Below are positions 16,676 to 26,450 of a DNA stretch of 64,000 nt, in pieces; the stretch's first letter is position 1, and each line of letters starts with the position of its first letter. The translations under genes were made by a program, and so were the position numbers. Location of the stretch: assembly GCA_049515535.1 (NCBI GenBank), contig JBEKTZ010000001.1, positions 206,599 through 270,598 on the forward strand. The letters run 5' to 3'. This DNA comes from Candidatus Aminicenantales bacterium. Its GTDB lineage: Bacteria > Acidobacteriota > Aminicenantia > Aminicenantales > UBA4085. Under the pieces are notes generated by a model. The model did no database searches. It was not told the origin of the DNA and saw only the letters and a program-made list of their open reading frames with translations.

Positions 16676-17677
16676 TTATCTGACCCCGTTCATTAAATTG
16701 ATCATAACTTTCGACCCTTCATAAAAAAAGCGAAAGTGCATTTCCTTCAACCCGGCCTTCTTCATCGCTTCCTTCAGCTTCTGATGATCTTTTTCGGTGT
16801 AAAACAGGAAAAATCCCCCGCCTCCGGCACCCGAGATTTTCCCCCCCAGAGCGCCGTTCGCCTTGGCCAAGGCATAGATCTCCTCCAGCCAGGGATTGGT
16901 CATGTTCATCGACAGTTTTTTTTTGCGCTTCCAGTGCTCGTCAAACAGAAGTCCTATGTCGGTGATGTTCCCGCTTTCCGCGGCTTCGAGGACCTTATAG
17001 CCGAGTTCCTTGATTCCATGCATGTTTTCGACAACGGCGCTTTTCGCCTCCCGGGCGCCCCGGCTTTGTTCCGCCAGGATCGCATCCGCGCTTCGCGACA
17101 ACCCGGTATAGAACATCAGAAGTTTCCGGTTCAAGGCATCCGCGGTTTCCTCCGTTAAACGGGCCGCCCTCGTTTTTACCGTTCCGTCTTTTTCGATCTT
17201 CAGGACCCTCAGTCCGCCGAAAGCCGCCATATACTGGTCCTGTTTCCCGATCGGCTTTTTCAGTCTATCGATCTCGATGCAACAGGCTTCCTCAGCCAGC
17301 TCTTTAAGCGACACTTGATTTCTCTTCAGGCTGTGGAGGCCCGTGAGAAGTCCCACGGCATAACAACTCGAAGAACCGAGCCCCGTTCCGGAAGGAACAT
17401 CCGCCATCGAGACGATTTCGAGCGAATCTTCGATCTCCATCATCCGCATCGCTTCCTTGGCGATGTCATGCCGAAGCTCTTCCCGGTGTTTGACCGTCTC
17501 CGACTGCGAATATTTGACCCTCACCAGGCTGTCTACGATCGGGACATTGATGTTGATGAACATGAACTTGTCGATGGCCGCGGCGAAGATGAACCCGCCG
17601 TATTTTGAATAATAGGCGGGCAGGTCCGTACCCCCGCCGCCGAGCGTGATTCGAAATGGCGTTCTCGTGATGATCAT
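16676..17677 (-). CDS. hddA: GHMP sugar-phosphate kinase (HddA / LmbP-like)
   Basis: TPFRITLGGGGTD, PSGTGLGSSS, IGKQDQY, GGKISGAGGGGF. Confidence 0.88.
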   Translation of the reverse strand: MIITRTPFRITLGGGGTDLPAYYSKYGGFIFAAAIDKFMFININVPIVDSLVRVKYSQSETVKHREELRHDIAKEAMRMMEIEDSLEIVSMADVPSGTGLGSSSCYAVGLLTGLHSLKRNQVSLKELAEEACCIEIDRLKKPIGKQDQYMAAFGGLRVLKIEKDGTVKTRAARLTEETADALNRKLLMFYTGLSRSADAILAEQSRGAREAKSAVVENMHGIKELGYKVLEAAESGNITDIGLLFDEHWKRKKKLSMNMTNPWLEEIYALAKANGALGGKISGAGGGGFFLFYTEKDHQKLKEAMKKAGLKEMHFRFFYEGSKVMINLMNGVR

Positions 17678-17701
17678 ATAACCCCCCCCAAGAAAAAAGC
17701 T

Positions 17702-18403
17702 TCAGGTTCCCAATCGTTGACTTAATTCATCCAAAAGGTCCAGATGATCGATGGCCCAGACCGGCTCTCTCGATCTATATGCGAAAAGCTTCTTTCCGCG
17801 TTTGATCGCCTCGGGAAAAATGTCGTGTCCGAAATCCGAATATCCGATTGGAATCGCATCGAAAATATCTTCGGAAAGCCGATAAATTCCGGCATTCACC
17901 CAATGGCTCTGGACTTCATTCGGCGCCGGCTTTTCGAGAAATCGAACGATTCGATCACCGGAGCCGATATCGACGACGCCGCTTCCGGCAACATCCTCCT
18001 TTTCAAAGACGGCAACCGCACCCACTCCGCTGGCTTTTTCCGACCAAGAGATAAAATCGGCGAAATCGAATTCCGAGTAATTGTCGGCGTAAACGACAAG
18101 GAAAGGCGCGCCGCGAAGCTCGGCTTCGAGCTTTTTCACCGCTCCTGCGGTACCCAATATCTCAGGTTCAAACGAATACCGGATCCGCACTCCCCACTTT
18201 TTCCCGTCTCCGAAATGGGATGTGATTCGTTCCGGAAGATGATGGAGATTGATGAATATCTCCCGGATTCCCGCTCCTGCCAGATGCTCGACATGATGCT
18301 CCAGAGCGGGCTTTCCCAAGATCGGGATCATGACCTTGGGCATCTCATCGGTAAGCGGACGGAGCCTCGTCCCCTTGCCCGCTGCAAGCAGGACCGCTAT
18401 CAT
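17702..18403 (-). CDS. Sugar-1-phosphate nucleotidyltransferase (HddC / LmbO-like)
   Basis: LLAAGKGTRLRPLT...PKVM, EILGTAGA, FLEKP, VNAGIY. Confidence 0.9.
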   Translation of the reverse strand: MIAVLLAAGKGTRLRPLTDEMPKVMIPILGKPALEHHVEHLAGAGIREIFINLHHLPERITSHFGDGKKWGVRIRYSFEPEILGTAGAVKKLEAELRGAPFLVVYADNYSEFDFADFISWSEKASGVGAVAVFEKEDVAGSGVVDIGSGDRIVRFLEKPAPNEVQSHWVNAGIYRLSEDIFDAIPIGYSDFGHDIFPEAIKRGKKLFAYRSREPVWAIDHLDLLDELSQRLGT

Positions 18404-18450
18404 TCCTCCGCCCCTTTGATAAAGTGAAAATTATTATTATTACTCACTGC

Positions 18451-19959
18451 TTACCTCCTTGAATCACTGTTTTGAGCGAAAAGCTGTTGAGTTGGAGTAA
18501 GTACGATAAGCTGACTTGTATTAACTTTTTTATTAATATAATCAAGAAATGAAATAAAATCTGCTTTACTAATATGTTTTGGTTGACCAATACTGTCTGA
18601 ATGGAACAAAATCTCTAGTCCTTTGTGATTTTTTATACACGAATCAACAATTGTTTCTATATCAGTTAATGACATCTGATCACAAGTTTTATGATTGGCT
18701 CCATATCGATAGTTACTAGTGATAGGTAGGTTTCTGATAGGATCCCAAATGTATCCTTCGAAGGCATGGTAATATATTCTTAATAGTGCGCTCTCTGACG
18801 TCCTCAAGAAACTCGTGCTATTCATAAGATGATAATAGTTCCCCGTCCATGATCCGGGTTGTACAAATGAATCAACATTAAGTCCTATAAGCCTCATCTC
18901 TTCTACCGCAAGCGCTGTTTCATTTTCAAATGTTTTATAAAACATTGGGTCGCTCGAATGGGTGTAACTATGCGACATTATTTCCATACCGTTTGCCTGC
19001 ATTGTCTTTATATTTGCTAAGGCATCACCACCGTAGCTAATGCTATTACGGACGATTGCAAAACCTCCAATCAAACAACGAGCATGCAATAAAGGGTATA
19101 CAAATGAATAATCTTTTGCGCTGTTATCATCAAAGCGCAGACTTAATACACATTTTCCGGAGGGAGCTGTTGCATTGGTGAAACTCCCTGTCGACTTTGT
19201 AGATATATAGACTGTACCATATGGTCTTGACGTAAACACGCTAAATTTGGTCGCTGAGTTTTCTATGCTGTACAATCCCACATATCGCCCAACAAGAATA
19301 GCTGCGTCACTTATCGTCTGGTCCGTACCAACTTGATTTCCATGAGTAAACATTTGGTATGTTGTGCCATTCTTGCGTATCTCAACCAAATCTCCATCCG
19401 GTGCCGACTCTAAAATATTAATAAGATTAGTTTCCACTCCAGAGACAAATTTACTTAATCGCAGATGTGTTCCATCATAGTACGCGATAACATAATTCTG
19501 CGGATTATTAGGATCATCAAGATTCACAATAATACCGGGACCCGTACCTATTTGATTGTTGAAAGCTTTTACAGGTGACGGGACATAGGTCATCGCCGAA
19601 TTAACTACAATATCGCCAGAGGAGTAATCTCGCAACAATAATCTTTTAGTAAATAATCCTTCTGCCCCTGGATTTGTCACGCGCTCTGTAAGGCTTGGGG
19701 TATAGACAAGACTATTCCCCCTAATTGCCCATGACGAACCAATCCAACCATTGCCTACTGGACCATCAGCGCGAGAAAAATTATCAATAAATTTCGTGAT
19801 CGCATAGGCAGAAGTATTCGTAATCGAGAAGAAATAAATATAAATAATAAGTGATAAAAGAATTTTTATGAGTGAGTCTAGAATAGCCTTTTCATCAGCG
19901 ACCGGATGCTGTTTTCCCTCATGAGCCGAGCCATCCGGTTCTTTCCGCAACGACGTCAA
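18451..19959 (-). CDS. Exported protein with beta-rich N-terminal domain and C-terminal polysaccharide deacetylase (NodB-like) domain
   Basis: Hydrophobic segment ending AYA; LSLRFDD, EIMSHSYTH and EILFHS CE4-like motifs; AT-rich insert. Confidence 0.75.
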   Translation of the reverse strand: MTSLRKEPDGSAHEGKQHPVADEKAILDSLIKILLSLIIYIYFFSITNTSAYAITKFIDNFSRADGPVGNGWIGSSWAIRGNSLVYTPSLTERVTNPGAEGLFTKRLLLRDYSSGDIVVNSAMTYVPSPVKAFNNQIGTGPGIIVNLDDPNNPQNYVIAYYDGTHLRLSKFVSGVETNLINILESAPDGDLVEIRKNGTTYQMFTHGNQVGTDQTISDAAILVGRYVGLYSIENSATKFSVFTSRPYGTVYISTKSTGSFTNATAPSGKCVLSLRFDDNSAKDYSFVYPLLHARCLIGGFAIVRNSISYGGDALANIKTMQANGMEIMSHSYTHSSDPMFYKTFENETALAVEEMRLIGLNVDSFVQPGSWTGNYYHLMNSTSFLRTSESALLRIYYHAFEGYIWDPIRNLPITSNYRYGANHKTCDQMSLTDIETIVDSCIKNHKGLEILFHSDSIGQPKHISKADFISFLDYINKKVNTSQLIVLTPTQQLFAQNSDSRR

Positions 19960-20891
19960 ATCCTTCCCTCCGCCATTTCGGATTTGATGTAATCGACGGC
20001 GTGGAGCAGACCGGTTTCGAGGTCCGTCTTCGGCTTCCAGCCGAGAGCCGAAGCCTTTGTGATGTCAGCGAGCGTCATTTGAGCTTCGCCTGGCAGATCA
20101 GGCTTGAATTCCGGCTCCAAGCGAACGCCGAGAAGCCGCGAGACAAGTTCATATATCTCCAAGACGGAATGATTTTCCCCCGAACCAAGATTGAAGGTTT
20201 CATCGTCGGTCCGAGAATCGCGAAGGCAGAGAAGATGAAAATCGTTGATATCATCAATGTAAACGAAATCCCGTCGCTTTTCGCCCTTCCCGTAGATGAT
20301 CGGACGTTCGCCCTTTAACAGCTTGATTATAAAGGCGCTCATGACCGGCGGGATCGTCCGGCGATAATCCTGGATGGGCCCATAAACGCAAAAATAGCGA
20401 AGAGCCGTGAATGTCATCCCGAAAAACCGACGATATGCCTCGGCGAAATGCATCGCGGCCGATTTGCTGATAGCATAAAAACTCTCCGGCCTGACTTCAC
20501 TTTCCGGCGTTGGGAAAATCGAACTTCCTTCATAGAGCGCTGAGGATTCCGCGTATATGATCTTCCGGACTCCGGCCAGCCGCGCCGCTTCAAAGACATT
20601 GATAGTTCCAGTAACGTTGATATCAGACGTCTCTATCGGATCGGCCTGGCAATCGCTGATACAGTTCTTGGCGGCGAGATGGAATACGGCATCGACTCCC
20701 TCAAAAAGACCATAGATACCGCGGTCCCGGATATCTCTTTCATGGAATTCGACCCCATCCGGGACGTTTTCCTGCAACCCATAGGCGAGATTATCGATTC
20801 CAGCGACTTGATATCCTTCCTTGAGCAAACGCACGGCGAGATTCGATCCGATAAATCCCGCCACGCCGGTAACAAATATCTTTTCTTTCAA
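19956..20891 (-). CDS. NAD-dependent nucleotide-sugar epimerase/dehydratase
   Basis: VTGVAGFIGS, FHLAA, YAISK, LRYFCVYGP, RDFVYIDD. Confidence 0.92.
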   Translation of the reverse strand: MKEKIFVTGVAGFIGSNLAVRLLKEGYQVAGIDNLAYGLQENVPDGVEFHERDIRDRGIYGLFEGVDAVFHLAAKNCISDCQADPIETSDINVTGTINVFEAARLAGVRKIIYAESSALYEGSSIFPTPESEVRPESFYAISKSAAMHFAEAYRRFFGMTFTALRYFCVYGPIQDYRRTIPPVMSAFIIKLLKGERPIIYGKGEKRRDFVYIDDINDFHLLCLRDSRTDDETFNLGSGENHSVLEIYELVSRLLGVRLEPEFKPDLPGEAQMTLADITKASALGWKPKTDLETGLLHAVDYIKSEMAEGRI

Positions 20892-20904
20892 GGCGATATC
20901 TTCC

Positions 20905-21480
20905 CTAACCTTTCAACAGCTTGACCGCTCCGTCCCCTTCCCTATACTCCCTGCCGCACGAACATGAAGCTTTCCCTTTTTCGCCGAAGGAGAGCTTCAA
21001 ACCACAGACGCACACCCATCCCTTCCGGCGGGCGGGATTTCCAACCATCAAGGCATGAGGCGGAACGTCCTTGGTTACGACCGATCCCGCGCCGATAGTG
21101 CAGTACTCGCCCAAGGTGATACCCGTGATGATGGTCGTGTTGGCCCCGATCGTCGCACCTTTGCGAATCAGAGTCCTGGCCAACCCTTTGGGAAAACCCG
21201 ACCGCGGCCACAGCTCGTTCGTCAGGGCGACATTCGGTCCGAGAAACGCGCTGTCCTCGATCGTCACGCCGTCCCAGACGGCGACTCCGTTTTTGATGAC
21301 CACGTTGTCCCCGATGACGACGTCATTTTCGATAAAGCAATGATCGCCGATATTGACCCTGCTTCCGATCTTCGCCCCCTTGAGAATATGAGCGAACGCC
21401 CAGATCCTCGTTCCCGACCCCACGCTCGGGCTTTCGCAAATAGCCTGAGGATGGATGAAGACGCCTTCCATCTCAGCCAT
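20905..21480 (-). CDS. Hexapeptide-repeat sugar N-acetyltransferase (WbpD/WlbB/FdtC-like)
   Basis: IHPQA...GTRIWAFAHI, hexapeptide repeats, GATIGAN, GAGSVVTKDV, C-terminal CVCG...CSCG. Confidence 0.88.
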   Translation of the reverse strand: MAEMEGVFIHPQAICESPSVGSGTRIWAFAHILKGAKIGSRVNIGDHCFIENDVVIGDNVVIKNGVAVWDGVTIEDSAFLGPNVALTNELWPRSGFPKGLARTLIRKGATIGANTTIITGITLGEYCTIGAGSVVTKDVPPHALMVGNPARRKGWVCVCGLKLSFGEKGKASCSCGREYREGDGAVKLLKG

Positions 21481-22585
21481 GGAAATACCTCCTGATGTTC
21501 GCCGAGACATATTCGACCTGCTCGTCCTTCATCTCCGGACACATGGGAAGAGACAGAATCTCGTTCGCCTGCTTTTCCGCGACCGGGAAGTCGCCTTTCT
21601 TATACCCGAGGTGGGCATAGGCCTTTTGAAGGTGCATCGGAATCGGGTAATGAAGACCGGTGACGATATTTCTCTCCTGGAGGAATCCCCTGAGTTTGTC
21701 TCTCTTTTCCGCGGGAACTCGGATGACGAAAAGGTGATAAATATGATAAACCTCGGCGGATTCGACGGGACAGATGACTTCCTTAAGATCCGCGAGCAGA
21801 GACCGATACATGCCGGCGATTTCTCGCCTCCTGGCGTTCCATCCGTCTAAATATTTCAATTTCACCAGGAGAACCGCAGCCTGTATCTCCTCCATACGGT
21901 AATTGTGGCCGATGATTTCATGAACATAGCGTTCGACGGAGCCATGCCCGCGCATCCGGAGCATCTTCTGATACAGTTCCTCGTCGTTCGTGGAAATCCC
22001 CCCAGCCTCTCCATAAGCCCCGAGGTTCTTTCCCGGGAAGAAGCTGAATGCCGCTGCCGTTCCGAAGTTGCCTACCGCTTTTCCCCGAAATCTCGCCAAT
22101 TGGGCCTGACAAGCATCCTCGAAAACCATCAGCCCATTGCGGCTCGCAATGACTTTGATGGCTTCCATATTCACGGGCTGACCGTAGAGATGGACCGGCA
22201 AAACAACTCGCGTTCGGGGAGTGATTTTTTCTTCGACTTGCCCGATGTCGATATTGAATGAAACTGGATCGTTATCCACGAAGACGGGCGTCGCGCCGCA
22301 GAGCGACACCCCCTCCGCGGTAGCGATAAACGTATTCACAGGGACGATGACCTCGTCGCCAGGGCCTATTCCCCCAGCCCAGAGCATGAGATGGACGGCA
22401 TCCGTGCCTGAACTCGTCGCGACGAATCGCTTCGCTCCGAGCGCCGCTGCGAATTCCTTCTCGAACAATCCGACGTATTTGCCGCAAATAAAGGCGCTGC
22501 GCTCGAAAATATCGGCAAAGACTTCCTCTATCTCGGGTTTCAGCCGAAGATATTGGGATTTCAGATCGAGGAAAGGAACGTTCAT
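21473..22585 (-). CDS. DegT/DnrJ/EryC1/StrS PLP aminotransferase (WbpE/FdtB-like)
   Basis: VPFLDL, SSGTDA, PVHLYGQ, EDACQA, FSFFPGKNLGAYGEAG. Confidence 0.93.
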   Translation of the reverse strand: MNVPFLDLKSQYLRLKPEIEEVFADIFERSAFICGKYVGLFEKEFAAALGAKRFVATSSGTDAVHLMLWAGGIGPGDEVIVPVNTFIATAEGVSLCGATPVFVDNDPVSFNIDIGQVEEKITPRTRVVLPVHLYGQPVNMEAIKVIASRNGLMVFEDACQAQLARFRGKAVGNFGTAAAFSFFPGKNLGAYGEAGGISTNDEELYQKMLRMRGHGSVERYVHEIIGHNYRMEEIQAAVLLVKLKYLDGWNARRREIAGMYRSLLADLKEVICPVESAEVYHIYHLFVIRVPAEKRDKLRGFLQERNIVTGLHYPIPMHLQKAYAHLGYKKGDFPVAEKQANEILSLPMCPEMKDEQVEYVSANIRRYFHG

Positions 22586-22586
22586 T

Positions 22587-23579
22587 TTATCGGCATTCTC
22601 TAATCTCATCGTAAAGGCGCATGACATCAAGCATATATTTTCCGTCGGTCATCGGCCTTTTCCCGTTCTTAATACAGTCGAGAAAATGTTCCACGACAAG
22701 AGCCAGCGGTTCCCGCTGTCCGTGCACGACGAACTCTTCGTGCTTGTCCTCGATTCTAAACATCGAGATCTTCTTTTCCGGCTTTAGATCATCGTAGACA
22801 AGCTGGACATCGGAGCTCGCGATGAGCAGTTCCCGCCTCCGCTCCGGCAGCACCCAGCTCAGACCGATATGGATGGGGAAGCGGTCGGTCTCCAGCCGCA
22901 GGAAAGCCGTGTCGCACATCGTTCCGGCGTATTCGGGTGCCGTGAACTTCGCCAGTGTATTGGCTTTGTGCACGGCCGTAGGGCGTATTCGCATCCCCGG
23001 GAACAAATGAGTGATCACCGCGAGATCATGGAAAACGAGGTCGCGGACAACATCCACGCCGTTCGCCAGCATGGTGCCCCGCAGCCGGCCGACATGGTGG
23101 AACCGTAAGTCGTTGCCGTAGCGCAGGGACTGGACGAAACGGATGTCGGGGACCGCGCCGGCGTCCAATAGTTCGCGGATTTTTTGAACAGGATCGCTGT
23201 AAACGAACGTGGAGTCCAGCATGAAAACGGCCCGCCGCGTTTCGGCCTCGCGGACGAGGATCTCGAGCTCGTCGAGCGTGGACGTCGGAGGCTTCGTCAC
23301 GAGCACATGCTTGCCGGCCGCGAGCGCGGCTTGTGCCAAGCCGAAATGAGTCGGGGGAGGAGTCGCGACGACGACAGCCTCGATATCCTCATCGTCAAAA
23401 ATCCGGCGCGGATCTTCCACGGTTCCGATACCCAAGGTTTTTTCAGCCTCGCTCCGGCGTGGCGTAAGAGGATCGACCCCGATCACCAATCCTGGGCCAA
23501 GGCCCTGTTGAGCTGTTAGGGCCCTCGCTAATTTTAAACCCCACCAACCTAGGCCCAAGACGCCGATTTTCTTTCGCAT
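22587..23579 (-). CDS. Gfo/Idh/MocA oxidoreductase (WbpB/WlbA-like)
   Basis: GVLGLGWWG, ATPPPTH, HVLVTKP, DLVFHD; adjacent to aminotransferase and acetyltransferase. Confidence 0.85.
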   Translation of the reverse strand: MRKKIGVLGLGWWGLKLARALTAQQGLGPGLVIGVDPLTPRRSEAEKTLGIGTVEDPRRIFDDEDIEAVVVATPPPTHFGLAQAALAAGKHVLVTKPPTSTLDELEILVREAETRRAVFMLDSTFVYSDPVQKIRELLDAGAVPDIRFVQSLRYGNDLRFHHVGRLRGTMLANGVDVVRDLVFHDLAVITHLFPGMRIRPTAVHKANTLAKFTAPEYAGTMCDTAFLRLETDRFPIHIGLSWVLPERRRELLIASSDVQLVYDDLKPEKKISMFRIEDKHEEFVVHGQREPLALVVEHFLDCIKNGKRPMTDGKYMLDVMRLYDEIRECR

Positions 23580-23589
23580 CGCCGATCCT

Positions 23590-25056
23590 CTATTTAATCC
23601 TGCTGCCCTTCCCGGTCAAGACCACGGAAATCGTTCTCAGAAGAATTTCCAGGTCGAAGAAAAACGACCGGTTCTGAATATAATAGAGGTCCATCATGAT
23701 CATATCGTCATAGGACACTTCGCTTCTGGCCCGAACCTGCCAAAGACCCGTAACCCCCGATTTGACCTGAAACCGTCTCTTTTGCCACGGTTCGTAGAAT
23801 TTGAGCTCCGCGGGCGAGCAAAAACGCGGCCCCACCAGGCTCATCTGACCGCGGAATACATTAATTAATTGGGGAAGCTCATCCAGCGAATATTTCCGCA
23901 GAAAGCTGCCGACTTTTGTTACGCGGGTCTCATTCTTGACGAAATACTCGTCCTTCTTCCGGCCCTGGATAAAATCTTTCATGAATTCGAGATGCTGCCG
24001 GCGTCCCGTTTCATAAAGCCGCTCTTCCTTTTCATCAGCGCAATCTCCGTGGATCATGGTCCTGAACTTATAGGCTTTGAAGATTTTTTCATTTCTTCCG
24101 ACGACATCGCTTCGGTAGAACACGCGCCCCTTAGAATCGCGCTTTATGGCCCAGGCAAGGATCCCGAAAACGGGCGCAAGCAGGATGAGAAGGACGGCCG
24201 ATACGCTCAGGTCGAAAACACGCTTAACGGCCGCTCGGACGACACCGTTCTCTCGGGCTTCCAGCCGGTAGGTGGTTAACCCTCCATACTGCTCCGCCTC
24301 TAACTTCTCGTTGACCATCGAGAAAAGAGTCGAGATGACGTGAACGGAAAGGCCGGTGTTCCGACAAACGTCGATGATCTCCAGCAATCTCGTCTTCTCT
24401 ATATTGCTAATGGCGATTACGACCGCCGCGAGATGATAGCGGGCGGCGATTTCGCTGATATCCCTGCTGGTCCCAAGGACTTCCATTCCTTCAATCATTT
24501 TTTCTTTGAGAGACGGATCATCGTCAAGGAATCCCATAATCTTGAAATAGCTGAGAGAATTGCTTGACCAATGTTTCAACACAGCCCGGCCGTGTTCCCC
24601 GGCGCCTATGATAGCTACACGCTTTAGGATGAATCTTCGGGCGACCATGAACCGGAAAACACGGGGCACCAGGTTCACCCGGAAAAGGGCCAGCGCGAGA
24701 AAACTGATTAAAAACCCGAGGCCGATCGTCAAGCGGCTGTCGGCGATATACTCCGTCTTCATGAAGAAAACGAGAACTATGAACGTTCCAAAGACCCGAA
24801 GGTAACATTTGAAGAGCTTCTGAAGCTGATGGATGGGATTGGCTACAGCTTGATATTTATAAAGGCCTTCCAATTGGAATACCGAAATGAAAATGACCGC
24901 AAGAAGGAGAAGAGAAGGGGCAAAATATCCCGGAAAAGGCCGAATACCGACATACAGACCCGATCTGAAAACGAACCAGAATGCCAGTCCGAATCCGGCG
25001 CTGATTATGAAGACATCGACGCTGGCCAGTAGGAGTTTATGTTTGGAGATGCGCAT
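23590..25056 (-). CDS. Priming polyprenyl-phosphate sugar phosphotransferase (WbaP/WcaJ family)
   Basis: N-terminal TMs, IIGAG Rossmann domain, KRVFD, YKFRTM, LRKYSLDELPQL, MSLVGPR, GVTGLWQV. Confidence 0.93.
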   Translation of the reverse strand: MRISKHKLLLASVDVFIISAGFGLAFWFVFRSGLYVGIRPFPGYFAPSLLLLAVIFISVFQLEGLYKYQAVANPIHQLQKLFKCYLRVFGTFIVLVFFMKTEYIADSRLTIGLGFLISFLALALFRVNLVPRVFRFMVARRFILKRVAIIGAGEHGRAVLKHWSSNSLSYFKIMGFLDDDPSLKEKMIEGMEVLGTSRDISEIAARYHLAAVVIAISNIEKTRLLEIIDVCRNTGLSVHVISTLFSMVNEKLEAEQYGGLTTYRLEARENGVVRAAVKRVFDLSVSAVLLILLAPVFGILAWAIKRDSKGRVFYRSDVVGRNEKIFKAYKFRTMIHGDCADEKEERLYETGRRQHLEFMKDFIQGRKKDEYFVKNETRVTKVGSFLRKYSLDELPQLINVFRGQMSLVGPRFCSPAELKFYEPWQKRRFQVKSGVTGLWQVRARSEVSYDDMIMMDLYYIQNRSFFFDLEILLRTISVVLTGKGSRIK

Positions 25057-25197
25057 TAACGGGACAATTGCACTTCATTGCAAAATAGAATTACATATTT
25101 CATCAACCAATTCGCTCTTACCGAGGGTAGAACAAAAGCATTTCTTTACGAACTTAATGCCCTTGCGTTTGCTATCGTTTATCATATGACATTCTTA

Positions 25198-26370
25198 TCA
25201 ATGACTGGCCAATATGCGAGAATAAAACTGCTCTACCTGCGCGGTTAGTAAACGCCAATCCAACCTTGTCTCAGCCAGTTTACGAGCATTTCTACCCATT
25301 TCCTCAATCAAGCCATGTTGAGCCATTGTTTCAACAGTTTTTATTGCAAAATCATAAGGCGTATCTTCGGCCAGGACACCACATCGTCCTTCTTCTATCA
25401 TCGAAGAAAAATCTCCGACACGGGTAGCCACCAAAGGTTTTCCTCCAGCTAAATAATCACCTATCTTAGCAGGCCAGCGTCCGCGACTGGCCAGATTGTC
25501 TTTGAGAGGCAACAACATCACGTCACACGCTGCCACGTAGTCATGTAAGTCGTTGAAGGAAACTGCGCCAACTGGGATCACACGTTGTTGAATATCGCGA
25601 TCAATGTCGAGGATTTTGGGACTTTTACGTCCTAGTAAAATCAATCGTATATTGGGGTCCATCTTGCATATCAACGTGAAGGATTGGGTGAGTAATTCTT
25701 GATCATCCTTCAACATAGCACCAACGTAGCCGATTAGTTTATCGTCCAATCCAAATCCTAGCCGCTGACGTGCATTGTTTTGATTGCGGGGCTGAATTCG
25801 TTCCACATCTGCACCGGATGATGTCTGGAGGATTGTTTCTGGATCTACTCCTAAAGCAATGGCTCGCTGTTTAAGGGCGGATGTAAGCACAATCGAACCA
25901 TCTGCGAACCGTCTAAAAAATTCTTCGAAGAAAGTTTCGATGGGCGCAAACGCATGCTCTAGTATGCTGGTAGCGCGCCCTTGGCTTGTTCCTCCCCGTC
26001 CCCACCAATCGCCCCAATCCATGATTAGTTTTGCGTTCCTTAGGTACTTACTAGCCAAAGCCGGTAGAATCGCGACAGGTCGAGAATCGACTGAGTGGAC
26101 AATATCAAATTTCTTTTGTAACACATAAGCGATTCGGTTGAGAACATCCCAAGGATCCCAACCACTTCTGAGCTTTCCCGTAAACAAGTCGGGGGCTCCA
26201 ATAAAAGCAACTCCATCTTGCTCACTCACAGCAAACCCTCCGCGCCTTGCATCTGATATTTCTACTATTGTTACGTCGTGTCCCCTGCGAGCAAGGCAAC
26301 GTCCCCAGTAATAAGACCTTGCCAGGCGGCTCCGCCAAGCGACTGCGTGGTTCAGCATCAGAATACGCAT
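25198..26370 (-). CDS. Glycosyltransferase family 4
   Basis: GT-B fold; YVGA, ACDVMLLP, KIGDYLAGGKPLVATRVG. Confidence 0.88.
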   Translation of the reverse strand: MRILMLNHAVAWRSRLARSYYWGRCLARRGHDVTIVEISDARRGGFAVSEQDGVAFIGAPDLFTGKLRSGWDPWDVLNRIAYVLQKKFDIVHSVDSRPVAILPALASKYLRNAKLIMDWGDWWGRGGTSQGRATSILEHAFAPIETFFEEFFRRFADGSIVLTSALKQRAIALGVDPETILQTSSGADVERIQPRNQNNARQRLGFGLDDKLIGYVGAMLKDDQELLTQSFTLICKMDPNIRLILLGRKSPKILDIDRDIQQRVIPVGAVSFNDLHDYVAACDVMLLPLKDNLASRGRWPAKIGDYLAGGKPLVATRVGDFSSMIEEGRCGVLAEDTPYDFAIKTVETMAQHGLIEEMGRNARKLAETRLDWRLLTAQVEQFYSRILASH

Positions 26371-26450
26371 TTTTGTTCTTACTGGAAGACTCGTCGATAA
26401 TTCCTTCTCTGTTAGTTCCTACTGAATATTCTTTATTTGTGCAGTCTCTA

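Noticed and set aside
10178..22585. A lincosamide antibiotic biosynthetic cluster
   Set aside because: No amino-acid/NRPS-like, thiol-transfer or resistance genes; the context is entirely envelope glycan export.
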